Positions 17,437 through 26,934 of a stretch of 37,727 nucleotides of DNA are shown here, in pieces. Below the pieces are notes generated by a model. The model was not told the DNA's origin and did not search any database. It saw nothing but the letters and a program-made list of their open reading frames with translations. Source of the stretch: Candidatus Methylomirabilia bacterium (lineage in GTDB: Bacteria > Methylomirabilota > Methylomirabilia > Rokubacteriales > CSP1-6); NCBI GenBank assembly GCA_041497895.1, contig JBGQHJ010000031.1, positions 1 through 37,727 of the forward strand. The letters are read 5' to 3'. Within the stretch, counting starts at the first letter, position 1. The number at the start of each line of letters is the position of its first letter. A program made the position numbers and the translations under genes.

Positions 17437-18747
17437 GTGACCAACATCGTTGTCCTCGGGACCGGCATGGCCGGCTTCGGCGCCGCGTATCGGCTGCGCG
17501 CGGAAGGCATCCGCCCGACCCTCTACGACAAGAACTCGTACTACGGGGGCCACACCGCCTCCTTCCGCGACGCGAACGGTTTCCTGTTCGATCTGGGCCC
17601 TCACATCTCGTTCACGAAGGACCCCCGCATCCAGAACCTGTTCGCCGAATACGTCGACCAGAAGTACGAGGCGGTCCAGATCAATCTCAACAACTACTGG
17701 CGCGGGCTCCGGATCACGCACCCGGTCCAGCTGCACCTGAACAAGCTCCCCCACGATCTGATCGTGGAGATCATCACCGACTTCGTGAAGGAGCAGCACG
17801 GCCCCGAGCGCCATATCGCGAACTACGAGGACTGGCTGATCGCCAGCTACGGGAAGCGGTTCGCCGAGCTGTTCCCCATGACGTACACCCGGAAGTACCA
17901 CCTGACCACCGCCGCCAACATGACCACCGACTGGCTCGGTCCCCGCATGTACCGGCCGAGTCTCGCCGAGATGCTGCGGGGAGCGCTGGCTCCTTGGACT
18001 CCCGACGTCCACTACATCACCAACTTCCGCTATCCCTCCAATGGAGGTTTCCTCTCCTACCTGCGGAATCTCCCGGCCCTCGGCGACCTCACGCTCGGGC
18101 ACCGCCTGGTCGCGGTCGATCCCCGGCAGCGAGAGCTGCGCTTCGCGAACGGAGTCGCCACCGGCTACGACGCTCTGATCTCGTCGGTGCCCCTCCCGGA
18201 GCTCGTCCCGATGATCGCGGAGACCCCGCGGGACATCGTCGAGGCCTCGCAGCGCCTGGCCTGCTCGACCTGCGTCCTCGTCGACGTGGGGGTCGACCGT
18301 GCCGATCTCTCGGAGGCCCAGATCACCTACTTCTACGACGAGGATATCTCCTTCACCCGCCTCAGCTTTCCCCACATGCTGTCGGCCACCAACGTCCCTC
18401 CCGGCTGCGGCAGCGTCCAGGCCGAGGTCTACTTCTCGCGGAAGTATCACCCGCTCACCCAGTCGCCGGACGATCTGATCGACGTGGTGATCAAGGATCT
18501 GCGGCGGACCGGGACCCTCCGCGACGACGACAAGATCCTCACTCGGCACGCGACGGTGATCCCCTATGCGAACGTCATCTTCGATCTCGAGCGCACCGAG
18601 GCGTTGAAGACGGTGCACGGCTACCTCGACGACATCGGCATCGCCTACTGTGGACGATACGGCGACTGGGGTTACATGTGGACCGACGAGAGCTTCATCA
18701 GCGGGGAGCGCGCCGCGGAGACGGCGCTGTCGAAGTGCCCGGCCTGA
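17437..18747 (+). CDS. FAD-dependent oxidoreductase (HemY/UDP-galactopyranose-mutase-like family)
   Basis: VLGTGMAG, YGGHTAS, FDLGPHISF, YPSNGGF, CGRYGDWGYMWTD. Confidence 0.8.
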   Translation: MTNIVVLGTGMAGFGAAYRLRAEGIRPTLYDKNSYYGGHTASFRDANGFLFDLGPHISFTKDPRIQNLFAEYVDQKYEAVQINLNNYWRGLRITHPVQLHLNKLPHDLIVEIITDFVKEQHGPERHIANYEDWLIASYGKRFAELFPMTYTRKYHLTTAANMTTDWLGPRMYRPSLAEMLRGALAPWTPDVHYITNFRYPSNGGFLSYLRNLPALGDLTLGHRLVAVDPRQRELRFANGVATGYDALISSVPLPELVPMIAETPRDIVEASQRLACSTCVLVDVGVDRADLSEAQITYFYDEDISFTRLSFPHMLSATNVPPGCGSVQAEVYFSRKYHPLTQSPDDLIDVVIKDLRRTGTLRDDDKILTRHATVIPYANVIFDLERTEALKTVHGYLDDIGIAYCGRYGDWGYMWTDESFISGERAAETALSKCPA

Positions 18748-18760
18748 GGACCGGTGCGCC

Positions 18761-19639
18761 ATGAGTGACTCTCCCCTCGTCACGATCGGATTGCCGGTCT
18801 ACAACTCGGAGCGCTATCTCCGCCAGTCGCTCGACTCGCTCCTCGCCCAGACCTACTCGGACTTCGTGCTGATCGTCAACGACAACGCCTCGACCGATGG
18901 GACGCCACACATCTGCGAGGAGTACGCGGCGGCCGATCCGCGGGTGAAGTGCTTCCGCAACGCGACCAACATCGGCAATCCGCGCAACTTCAATCGGATC
19001 TTCGAGCTCACCACGACGCGCTATCTCAAGTGGTCGACCGCCGACGACTTCTGGGACCCGACGTTCCTGGAACGCGCCGTGGAAGTGATGGAGGGCGATC
19101 CCACCGTCGCGCTGTGCTACCCGAAGACGTTCATCGTGGACGCCGAGGGCGGCAACCGGAGACCGGTCGAGGACAATCTACACCTGATCCAATCGGATCC
19201 GGCGGAACGCTTCCTGGGCGTGATCTCGAACATCGGGCTCGCGCATCAGCATCTCGGCCTGATCCGCATGGCCTGCCTCCGTCAGACCCACTTGCTCGGA
19301 GTCCACGTGGCCTCGGACGTGAACCTGCTGGCCGAGCTGGCCCTCTACGGGAAGTTCCACGAGCTACCCGAGCGACTCTTCTTCCGTCGGTTCCACAAGA
19401 CGTCGGGGAGCTGGAAGCGGGACGATCCGGCGCACCAGGCGAAGCACTACCACGGCACGGTCAAGCGAGACGCCAAGATGACGAGGTGGCGTGGGCATAC
19501 CGCGTTCCTGTCCGCGGTGAGCGCCTCGCCCCTGCCCCGGCGATCCAAGATGCGACTGTATCGGCATCTGCTGCGGCGCATGGTCTGGGACCGGCGAGAC
19601 CTCCTGGGCGAGCTGACCTACCGCCTCAGCGCCCGGTAG
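18761..19639 (+). CDS. Glycosyltransferase family 2
   Basis: VTIGLPVYNSERYL, DNASTDGT, KWSTADD. Start moved to ATG 18761. Confidence 0.9.
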   Translation: MSDSPLVTIGLPVYNSERYLRQSLDSLLAQTYSDFVLIVNDNASTDGTPHICEEYAAADPRVKCFRNATNIGNPRNFNRIFELTTTRYLKWSTADDFWDPTFLERAVEVMEGDPTVALCYPKTFIVDAEGGNRRPVEDNLHLIQSDPAERFLGVISNIGLAHQHLGLIRMACLRQTHLLGVHVASDVNLLAELALYGKFHELPERLFFRRFHKTSGSWKRDDPAHQAKHYHGTVKRDAKMTRWRGHTAFLSAVSASPLPRRSKMRLYRHLLRRMVWDRRDLLGELTYRLSAR

Positions 19640-19659
19640 CGCCCCGGGGGAGCCGGCCG

Positions 19660-20463
19660 CTACGGCAGGATCGCCCGCGTCGCCTCGAGCGCCTCGCGCG
19701 CGACCGCCGCGGCCGGGCGCTTCCAAGCGGCCGGATTGGGTGCCTCGTAACTCAGGTACCCGCGGTACTCCTTGACCGCGAAGACCGCGAAGAACTCCTT
19801 GAACGGCACCGAGCCCTGCCCCGGAGGCAGGCGGTCCAGCGCCTTGCCGGGCTCGAGACCGGAGCGGGGAACATCGCTGTACTGCACGTAGGCGATCTCC
19901 TCGGGCCGCACGTCCTCGACGTCGCGCGGAGAGGCTCCGGTGCGGCCCAGATGATAGGTATCGAGGAGAAGTCCCACGCTCGGATGTCCGGCGCGGGTGA
20001 CCACCTCGCGCATTGGACCAAGGGCGTTGAGCTGCTCGGCCTGGGAGTTGAACTCCACCGCCAGACGCACCCCGTGCGCGCGAGCGATGTCGCCGACCTC
20101 CCGCAAGCTCGCGGCGGCCCGGGCCAGGTCGCCTCGACCCCGATCCACCGGGCTCATCACGGTGGGACAGCCGAGCGTCCTCGCGCGGGCACACTGCTCG
20201 GCGAACACGCGCAGCAGCCGCGCCCGCTCCTCGCCGGTGGCCCAGATCCAGCCGAGCTCCACGCCCACGCACGCCACCGGCAGGCCCGAGGCGCGCACGA
20301 GGGCCAGCACCTGATCGGCGGGCTGGCCGGCCTGAGCCGCGCGCTCGAAGTCGAGGCGGCGTAGCTCGACCGCGTCCCAGCCCGTCTCCTTGATGACGGC
20401 GAGCGCCTCCGCGAGCGGAGTGGTGTCGAGCGTCCAGGTGTGCAGCGACAGGGGCATGGTCAT
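19660..20463 (-). CDS. Sugar phosphate isomerase/epimerase (xylose-isomerase-like TIM barrel, IolI-like)
   Basis: GWDAVEL, LAVEF, LLDTYH, VQYSD, PGQGSVP, LSYE. SD AAGGAG. Confidence 0.85.
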   Translation of the reverse strand: MTMPLSLHTWTLDTTPLAEALAVIKETGWDAVELRRLDFERAAQAGQPADQVLALVRASGLPVACVGVELGWIWATGEERARLLRVFAEQCARARTLGCPTVMSPVDRGRGDLARAAASLREVGDIARAHGVRLAVEFNSQAEQLNALGPMREVVTRAGHPSVGLLLDTYHLGRTGASPRDVEDVRPEEIAYVQYSDVPRSGLEPGKALDRLPPGQGSVPFKEFFAVFAVKEYRGYLSYEAPNPAAWKRPAAAVAREALEATRAILP

Positions 20464-20505
20464 GGTGGTCTCCTTATGGCGGCAGCTCGCCTCCGGCTGC
20501 GCCGC

Positions 20506-21513
20506 CTACTGCCGCGTGAGCTCGAACGCCTCGGCCAGCAATTCGTAGGAGCGCAGGCGCGCCTTGAAGTCGTGGGTGATCGTGACCACGATCAGCTCGT
20601 CGGCCTGGTAGTCGGCGACCATGCCGAGGAGCCGCTCCCGCACCTGCTCGGGCGTGCCCACCACGCTGCGCCGGGCCGCGTGCTGGGCGATGGCCAGCTC
20701 CTGGGCGTTGTAGGGGTAGCTCTCGGCCTCCTCCACCGAAGGGTACGGGGCGGGCCGGCCGGTGTAGAGCCGCACGATGAAGAGGTCCCGGCTCCGCGCG
20801 AGCCGCCGCGCCTGCATCTCCGTCTCCGCGCACACCGCGAAGACGGCCACGCTGCTGCGCGCGGTGGCCAGGTCCGGCGACGGGCAGAACCGGTCGCGGT
20901 AGGCGCGGGTGACCTCCGCCCCGCCCTCCGCGTTGATGAAGTGCGCGAAGCAGAAGGAGTGGCCGAGCTGGGCGGCCAGCAGCGCGCTCTCGTCGCTCGA
21001 GCCCAGCAGCCACAGTTCGGGCACGCTCGGCCCGGCCGGCATGGCGTGGATGCCGCGCCAGGGATGCTCGGCGGGCAGGTCGTCGTGGAGGAATGCGGTC
21101 AGGTCCTGGATCTGCCGGGGGTAGTGCTCGATGCCGAGGGCACCGGGGCCGTGACGAAGCACGCGGGCGGTCCGCTGATCGCTGCCCGGCGCGCGCCCGA
21201 TGCCCAGGTCGATGCGGCCGGGAAAAAGGGTCTCGAGCATGCGGAACTGCTCGGCCACCTTGAGCGCGCTGTAGTGGGGCAGCATGACGCCGCCCGAGCC
21301 GACCCGGATGCGGCTCGTCACCGAGGCGACGTGGGTGATCAGCACCTCGGGGCTCGCCCCGGCCAGGCCGGCGGTGGAGTGGTGCTCGGCGAGCCAGTAG
21401 CGATGATAGCCCCAGCGGTCCGCGGCCCGCGCCAGCTCGAGCGTCTCGTGGATCGCGTCGGCGGGAGTCCCCCCGCTGCGCACCGGCGACTGGTCGAGGA
21501 CCCCGACGCGCAT
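20506..21513 (-). CDS. LLM-class flavin-dependent oxidoreductase (YhbW-like luciferase family)
   Basis: GVLDQSP, YWLAEHH, RVGSGGVMLPHY, PGRIDLGIGRAPG, WLLGSS. Confidence 0.9.
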   Translation of the reverse strand: MRVGVLDQSPVRSGGTPADAIHETLELARAADRWGYHRYWLAEHHSTAGLAGASPEVLITHVASVTSRIRVGSGGVMLPHYSALKVAEQFRMLETLFPGRIDLGIGRAPGSDQRTARVLRHGPGALGIEHYPRQIQDLTAFLHDDLPAEHPWRGIHAMPAGPSVPELWLLGSSDESALLAAQLGHSFCFAHFINAEGGAEVTRAYRDRFCPSPDLATARSSVAVFAVCAETEMQARRLARSRDLFIVRLYTGRPAPYPSVEEAESYPYNAQELAIAQHAARRSVVGTPEQVRERLLGMVADYQADELIVVTITHDFKARLRSYELLAEAFELTRQ

Positions 21514-21516
21514 CGG

Positions 21517-23109
21517 CTAGTTGATCCGCTTCGCCTTCCCCTTCCACTCCCGGTCGCGCAGCACGAACTTCTGGATCTTGCCGGTGGAGGTCTTGGGCAG
21601 CTCGCCGAAGTCCACCGCGGCGGGCGCCTTGAAGCCCGCGATGTGCCGCTTGCAGAAGTCGATGATCTCCTGCTCGGTCGCGGACTGGCCCGGCTTGAGG
21701 GTGACGAAGGCCTTGGGCCGCTCGCCCCATTTTTCATCCGGGATGGCCACCACCGCGCACTCCAGCACCGCGGGGTGCCGGGCCACGCACTGCTCGACCT
21801 CGATGGTGGAGATGTTCTCACCCCCCGAGATGATGATGTCCTTCTTGCGATCGCGCAGCTCGATGTAGCCGTCGGGATGCCAGACCCCGATGTCGCCCGA
21901 GTGGAACCAGCCGCCCCGGAACGCCTCCGCGGTCGCATCCGGCTGCTCGTAATAGCCCTTGGCCACGTTGTTGCCGACCATCACCACCTCGCCCAGGGTC
22001 TCTCCGTCGCGGGGCACGTCGTTCATCTCACCGTCCACCACCCGGACCAGGTCGAAGAGGGCGTAACCCTGGCCCTGCCGCGCGGCCAGGCTCGCCTGCT
22101 GCTCGGCGGGCAGCGCGTCCCAGTCCGCGTTCCAGCCGCAGACGGTGTGGGGCCCGTAGGTCTCGGTGAGGCCGTAGACGTGCACCGGCCTGAAGCCGAG
22201 CTCCTTCAGCTTGCCGAGCAAGGTCGGGGAGGGCGGGGCGCCGGCCACCGTCACCGTCACCGGACGCGCGAGCCGGTGCGCCTTCGGGTCGTTGACCACG
22301 CCGATCTGCACGGTGGGCGCCCCGTTGTAGTGGGTGATGCCCTCGGCATCGATCAGGTCCCAGATGCGGCCGGGCTCGACCTTGCGGAGGCAGACGTGCG
22401 TCCCGGCCACCGCGGTGACCGCCCAGGTGAAGCACCAGCCGTTGCAGTGGAACATGGGCAGGGTCCAGAGGTACTTCGTGTCGAAGGTCATGCCGGTCTC
22501 GACGATCTCGCCCACCGCGTTCACCCACACCCCCCGGTGCGAGTACATGACGCCCTTGGGCCGACCGGTCGTGCCCGACGTGTAGTTGATCGAGATCGTC
22601 TCCTCCTCGTCCTCGAGCCAGCTCTCGACCGGCTCTGGCGAGCCGCCGGCAAGGAAGTCCTCGTAGGGATCGCCGGCCGCGCCGGTGTCGTCGATCCGGA
22701 CGACACGAATCTCGGGGCGCAGGCCGTCGAGGCCGAGCGGCTTGATCAGCCCTTCGAGCTCCGCGTCGACGAAGAGGATCTTCGAGCCGGAGTGCTGGAG
22801 GATGTAGCCGATCTCCTCGGAGGAGAGCCGCGTGTTGATCGCCACCAGCACGCCGCCCGCCGCGGGCACGCCGTAGTGCGCCTCGAGCATCGCCGGGACG
22901 TTGGGGCAGAGGAACGCCACCCGGTCGTGCTTCTGCATGCCGGCCCCGCGCAGTCCGGAGGCGAGCCGGTTCACCCGCTCGCCGAGCTGCCGGTAGGTGT
23001 ACCGCCGCTTGCCGTGCACCACCGCGGTCTTGTCGGGGAAGACGTAGGCGTTGCGGACGAGGAAGCTCACCGGCGTGAGCTCGGTGCGGCAGACCTGGTG
23101 GTGCTTCAT
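21517..23109 (-). CDS. Acyl-CoA synthetase (AMP-binding; fatty-acid CoA ligase)
   Basis: YTSGTTGRPKG, PMFHCNGW, YGLTE, GWFHSGD, DIIISGGENIS, PKTSTGKIQK. Start ATG 23109. Confidence 0.92.
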   Translation of the reverse strand: MKHHQVCRTELTPVSFLVRNAYVFPDKTAVVHGKRRYTYRQLGERVNRLASGLRGAGMQKHDRVAFLCPNVPAMLEAHYGVPAAGGVLVAINTRLSSEEIGYILQHSGSKILFVDAELEGLIKPLGLDGLRPEIRVVRIDDTGAAGDPYEDFLAGGSPEPVESWLEDEEETISINYTSGTTGRPKGVMYSHRGVWVNAVGEIVETGMTFDTKYLWTLPMFHCNGWCFTWAVTAVAGTHVCLRKVEPGRIWDLIDAEGITHYNGAPTVQIGVVNDPKAHRLARPVTVTVAGAPPSPTLLGKLKELGFRPVHVYGLTETYGPHTVCGWNADWDALPAEQQASLAARQGQGYALFDLVRVVDGEMNDVPRDGETLGEVVMVGNNVAKGYYEQPDATAEAFRGGWFHSGDIGVWHPDGYIELRDRKKDIIISGGENISTIEVEQCVARHPAVLECAVVAIPDEKWGERPKAFVTLKPGQSATEQEIIDFCKRHIAGFKAPAAVDFGELPKTSTGKIQKFVLRDREWKGKAKRIN

Positions 23110-23174
23110 TGCGCGCGGCCTCCGATTGAGCGTGGGTGGAATCGTGCCCCCGCAGTGTACCCAAGCCCTCCGGC

Positions 23175-23183
23175 TGCTACAAT
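23175..23183 (+). promoter_or_regulatory. Extended -10 (TGcTACAAT), 8 nt before ATG 23192
   Basis: TGCTACAAT-gccccgcc-ATG with no SD. Confidence 0.65.
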
Positions 23184-23191
23184 GCCCCGCC

Positions 23192-24736
23192 ATGGCCTGG
23201 GACGAGCGGATGAAGGATTTTCACGCCCGGCGCGCGAAGGCGCGCGGCATGGGCGGGCCCGAGCGACTGGCGCGCCGCCGGGCCGCGGGCGCGCTCAACG
23301 CGCGGGAGCGGGTGGAGCGCCTGCTCGACGCGGGCTCGTTCCTGGAGATCGGCACCTTCAACACCTCCGACGTGCCGGGCATGGAGGCGGAGACGCCGGC
23401 CGACTCCAAGGTCGGCGGCTTCGGCCGCATCGACGGCCGCCCGGTGGTCGTCTGCTCGAACGACTTCACGGTGCTCGCGGCCACCTCGAGCCGGGTGGCC
23501 TCGCACAAGGAGGCGGAGCTCAAGCGCCTCGCCGCGCGACGGGGCCTGCCGATCGTCTACCTGGCCGAGGCGGGTGGCGCGCGCATGCCCGACATCATGG
23601 GCTCGGCGGGCATCGCCTCGTTCGGCAACTCCACCTACTACGGCACCCGGCGTCGACGCGTGCCGATGGTGACCGCGGTGCTCGGCCAGGCCTACGGGCT
23701 GCCCACCTGGAACGCGTGCCTTTCCGACTTCGTGGTGATGCTGGAGGGCGCCTCGATGGCGGTGTCCGGACCCCGGGTGCTGGAGCTGGCCACCGGCGAG
23801 AAGATCTCTCCCGAGGAGCTGGGCGGAGTGAAGCTCCACACCGAGGAGACCGGCCTCGCGGACGCGGCGGGACGGACCGAGGACGAGTGCCTCGCGATCG
23901 TCCGGCGCTTCCTCTCCTACCTGCCCTCGCACCACCGGCAGGCGCCGCCCGCCGCGAAGGTGCCGGCGGGCTCGGGCGCGGAGATGGGCACGATCGCCGA
24001 TCTGGTGCCCGAGGCGCGCAACCGCGCCTACGACATGACCCGCGTCCTGCGGTGCCTGGCCGACGGCGGCGAGATCTTCCAGGTCAAGGAGCGCTTCGGC
24101 CGGAGCCTCGTCACCGCGCTGGCGCGGATGGGTGGCCACGTCGTCGGCTTCGTCGCGAACCAGCCGGTCCAGAAGGGCGGCGCGTGCGACGCCGACGGCT
24201 GCGACAAGGCGACGTCGTTCCTCGCCCTCTGCGACTCCTTCAACATCCCGCTCGTCTTCCTCCACGACATCCCCGGCTTCTTCATCGGTCGCGACGCCGA
24301 GCGCCGGCGCGTGTCGGCCAAGATCATCACCTGGATGGAGGCCCTTGGCATGGTCACGGTGCCGCGGGTGTCCATCATCGTGCGCAAGACCTACGGCCAG
24401 GCCTACTTCAACATGGGCGGCGGAGGCTACGCGGATCTGCTGCTCGCGTGGCCCACCGCCGAGATGTCGTTCATGGATCCGGCCACCGGGGTGAACGTGG
24501 TCCACGGAGCGGAGCTCGGCCGCCTGCCCGCCGAGGAGCGCGCGGCGCGCCGCCAGGCCCTCCTCGCCCAGTGGGAGCTCGACACCCTGCCCTACGGCGC
24601 GGCCGCGCGGCATCTCGTCCACGACGTGATCGATCCCGCCGACCCGCGCGATCTCGTCATCCGCTTCCTCGCGCAGGCGCGGACGCGTACCGCCATCGGC
24701 CGGCACCGGCTCGCCGGCTGGCCCACCAAGTTCTAG
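23192..24736 (+). CDS. Acyl-CoA carboxylase carboxyltransferase (beta-like) subunit
   Basis: ARERVERLLDAGSFLEIG, NDFTV, AGGARMPD, EELGG, VANQP, CDSFNIPLVFLHDIPGF, AWPTAE, DVIDP. Confidence 0.87.
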   Translation: MAWDERMKDFHARRAKARGMGGPERLARRRAAGALNARERVERLLDAGSFLEIGTFNTSDVPGMEAETPADSKVGGFGRIDGRPVVVCSNDFTVLAATSSRVASHKEAELKRLAARRGLPIVYLAEAGGARMPDIMGSAGIASFGNSTYYGTRRRRVPMVTAVLGQAYGLPTWNACLSDFVVMLEGASMAVSGPRVLELATGEKISPEELGGVKLHTEETGLADAAGRTEDECLAIVRRFLSYLPSHHRQAPPAAKVPAGSGAEMGTIADLVPEARNRAYDMTRVLRCLADGGEIFQVKERFGRSLVTALARMGGHVVGFVANQPVQKGGACDADGCDKATSFLALCDSFNIPLVFLHDIPGFFIGRDAERRRVSAKIITWMEALGMVTVPRVSIIVRKTYGQAYFNMGGGGYADLLLAWPTAEMSFMDPATGVNVVHGAELGRLPAEERAARRQALLAQWELDTLPYGAAARHLVHDVIDPADPRDLVIRFLAQARTRTAIGRHRLAGWPTKF

Positions 24737-24748
24737 GCCCCGCGCGCG

Positions 24749-25471
24749 TTGTCGCCCGCGTGGCTCGCCGGCTCGGTGGTGGTCGCGGCCGCCTGCTTCG
24801 TGCAGGGGCTGGCCGGCTTCGGCATCGGGCTGGTGTCGCTCGCCTTCCTGCCGTTCCTCATGTCACCCGCCGCCGCGGTGGTGCTGATCACGCTCTACGC
24901 GGCGGTGTTCACCGTCGTCATCTTCATCCCCCTGCGCCGCGACTTCACGCTCCACGGCATGGCGGAGCTGGTGGTCGGCAGCGTCCTCGCCACCCCGGCC
25001 GGGGTCTGGCTCCTGGCCGGCCTGCCCGCCGACGTGCTCAAGCGCCTGATCGGGCTCGTGCTGCTCGTCATCGTGGCGCTCGAGTGGCTCGGGCTCTATC
25101 CGGAGCGGCTCCGCTCTCGAGGCTGGGGCTTCGCGGCGGGGCTGGCCGCGGGCCTGCTCGGCGGCGCGATCGGCACGCCCGGCCCGCCGGTGATCCTCTA
25201 CGCGGCGGCCCAGGACTGGAGCGCGCGGACGGTGAAGGCCAACATCCAGGCCTTCCTGATCGTCAACCAGGCCGTCATCCTGGCCGGCTACTGGTGGGCC
25301 GGGCTCCTCGATCGGGAGGTCTGGCGCCTCACCTGGCTCTACGCGGTGCCCGCGGTGGCCGGCCTCGCGGCGGGGATGCTGTGCTTCAACCGCCTCGACC
25401 GCGCGCGCTTCCGGCGGGTGGTGTTCGCGGTGCTCTTCGTCTCGGGCGCGGTGCTCCTGATCCGCGGCTAG
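24749..25471 (+). CDS. TauE/SafE (TSUP) family membrane transporter
   Basis: QGLAGFGIG, GLLGGAIGTPGPP, multiple TM helices. Confidence 0.85.
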   Translation: MSPAWLAGSVVVAAACFVQGLAGFGIGLVSLAFLPFLMSPAAAVVLITLYAAVFTVVIFIPLRRDFTLHGMAELVVGSVLATPAGVWLLAGLPADVLKRLIGLVLLVIVALEWLGLYPERLRSRGWGFAAGLAAGLLGGAIGTPGPPVILYAAAQDWSARTVKANIQAFLIVNQAVILAGYWWAGLLDREVWRLTWLYAVPAVAGLAAGMLCFNRLDRARFRRVVFAVLFVSGAVLLIRG

Positions 25472-25817
25472 CCGCGGGGCGGATCTCCATCGCGCGGACC
25501 AGGCCCCCCTCCAGCCGGTAGACGTGCTGAACCATCTCGTCCTTGAGGAGCGCGCCCGCCCGGTCCCGCACGACCTGGCGCACGTCCACCGCGATCCGCC
25601 CGTCGGCGTCGGCCGCGAAGCCCCGCGGCTCCACGCGCGGATCGATCAGGCCCCACTGCCGGGTCCAGTACTCGCGGACCGCACGGTGGCCGTGGACGCG
25701 CCCGCCGTCCATACCGTTGGGCCAGTCCACGTCGGGGTGCATCGCGGCCAGCGCCCCGTCGATGTCGCGGGCGTTGAAGGCGGCGTAGGTGCGCTCGAGC
25801 AGCGCCTCCGGGGTCAT
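25386..25817 (-). CDS. NTF2/SnoaL-like protein; true stop may be TAG at 25468-25470
   Basis: YAAFNARDIDGALAAMHPDVDWPNG...VRAMEIR. The tail after this is low-complexity and overlaps tauE. Confidence 0.8.
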   Translation of the reverse strand: MTPEALLERTYAAFNARDIDGALAAMHPDVDWPNGMDGGRVHGHRAVREYWTRQWGLIDPRVEPRGFAADADGRIAVDVRQVVRDRAGALLKDEMVQHVYRLEGGLVRAMEIRPAASRGSGAPRPRRRAPRTPPAGSARGRGG

Positions 25818-25827
25818 CACGGCGCCC

Positions 25828-26487
25828 TCACTCCTTGCAGCGACCCCTGGGCGACCAGTCCGACGACGGGAGCCGCCACGGCCGATCACTCCCGTGCACG
25901 ACCAGCGCGAGCGAGCGGCGCTGCGCGGTGCCGGTGGCGGTCAGGGTGTGGGGATGGCCGGCCGGCATGATCGCGGCCTCGCCAGCACCGCCCCTCACCG
26001 TCCCGTCCGGCGTCTCGAAGCAGATGGCCCCCGCCGTCGTGTACACCGCCTCCGGTCCCGGGTGGTGGTGGACGTCGGTGGTCATGCCCGGGTCGAAGAT
26101 CCCCTCCATGTACTGCGCGGTGTACGACTCGCCCAGCTTGACCGCGAGCGGGCCGATCTCCGCGACCCGGATGCCGCGCCTCGGCCGCCAGCCGGGCTCC
26201 GCGACCGTGGAGAGCCACACGAAGCCCAGTGCCTCGATGACGGTGCCCCGGGGCCCCTTCTCGGCCTCCGCCTCGGCGCGGCTCGCGAACGTGTGCAGGT
26301 GCCAGAAGACGGCGGTCGCCGCGAGGCGTCCGAGCGGCTCGCGGGCGATGATCCAGCAACCCACCTCCCCGGTGCGCTCACTCGCCGGGCGGCACTGCGC
26401 GGCCGCCGGCGCGGCGAGCAGCGCGAGCGCGACCATGATAAGGGCCGCGGCGGGGACGACCGCCGCGCGCCGCGGGTCACTCCACAT
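25828..26487 (-). CDS. Exported cupin-domain protein
   Basis: Signal peptide ending AAA|QC; cupin motifs VHHHPGPEAVY and MPAGHPH. Start uncertain. Confidence 0.72.
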   Translation of the reverse strand: MWSDPRRAAVVPAAALIMVALALLAAPAAAQCRPASERTGEVGCWIIAREPLGRLAATAVFWHLHTFASRAEAEAEKGPRGTVIEALGFVWLSTVAEPGWRPRRGIRVAEIGPLAVKLGESYTAQYMEGIFDPGMTTDVHHHPGPEAVYTTAGAICFETPDGTVRGGAGEAAIMPAGHPHTLTATGTAQRRSLALVVHGSDRPWRLPSSDWSPRGRCKE

Positions 26488-26923
26488 CGAGCATGTGGGT
26501 GCGATCGCGCGCGCCGAACGTCCGGCGGAATCCGAGCCGCTCGTACAGTCGCGCTGCGGTGGGGTTCGTGGTGCGCAGGTGCAGCCGCTTGAACCGGCCG
26601 CGCGCGGCCTCGAGCACGTCCGCCACCAGCTGCTCGCCGACCCCGCTCCGCCGATGGGGAACCAGCACGTACAGGTGCCGTACCCGGCCGATCTTCGGGT
26701 CGTCCGCGTAGGGGTCCACGTTCAGCCCGCATACCCCGACGACGTCGTCGCCCACCCGCGCCACGAAGAGCGCCTCGCCCGGCCGGTCGAAGCGATTGAC
26801 CCCGGTCTCCCACTCCTGGACGAGTCGCCGCACGAAACCGAACCCCTGCTGCTCGCTCTCGGCGAGCAGCGCCGCGAGGCGATCGGTCGGCGCGTCGCTC
26901 ACCCGCTCGATGAGCGCGCGCAT
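26477..26923 (-). CDS. GNAT family N-acetyltransferase
   Basis: VVGVCGL, RHLYVLVPHRRSGVG, AARLYERLGF. Start ATG 26923. Confidence 0.88.
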   Translation of the reverse strand: MRALIERVSDAPTDRLAALLAESEQQGFGFVRRLVQEWETGVNRFDRPGEALFVARVGDDVVGVCGLNVDPYADDPKIGRVRHLYVLVPHRRSGVGEQLVADVLEAARGRFKRLHLRTTNPTAARLYERLGFRRTFGARDRTHMLDVE

Positions 26924-26934
26924 CGCCCGACCGG

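Noticed and set aside
15158..19660. Bounded genomic island or mobile element
   Set aside because: No integrase, transposase, tRNA or flanking direct repeats were seen, only a qualitative compositional shift.
20440..25521. 1693-aa plus-strand ORF, and similar long ORFs such as 3243..5606, 2563..4998 and 9370..11214
   Set aside because: Arg/Gly/Pro-rich shadow frames overlapping well-supported genes, expected at this GC content.
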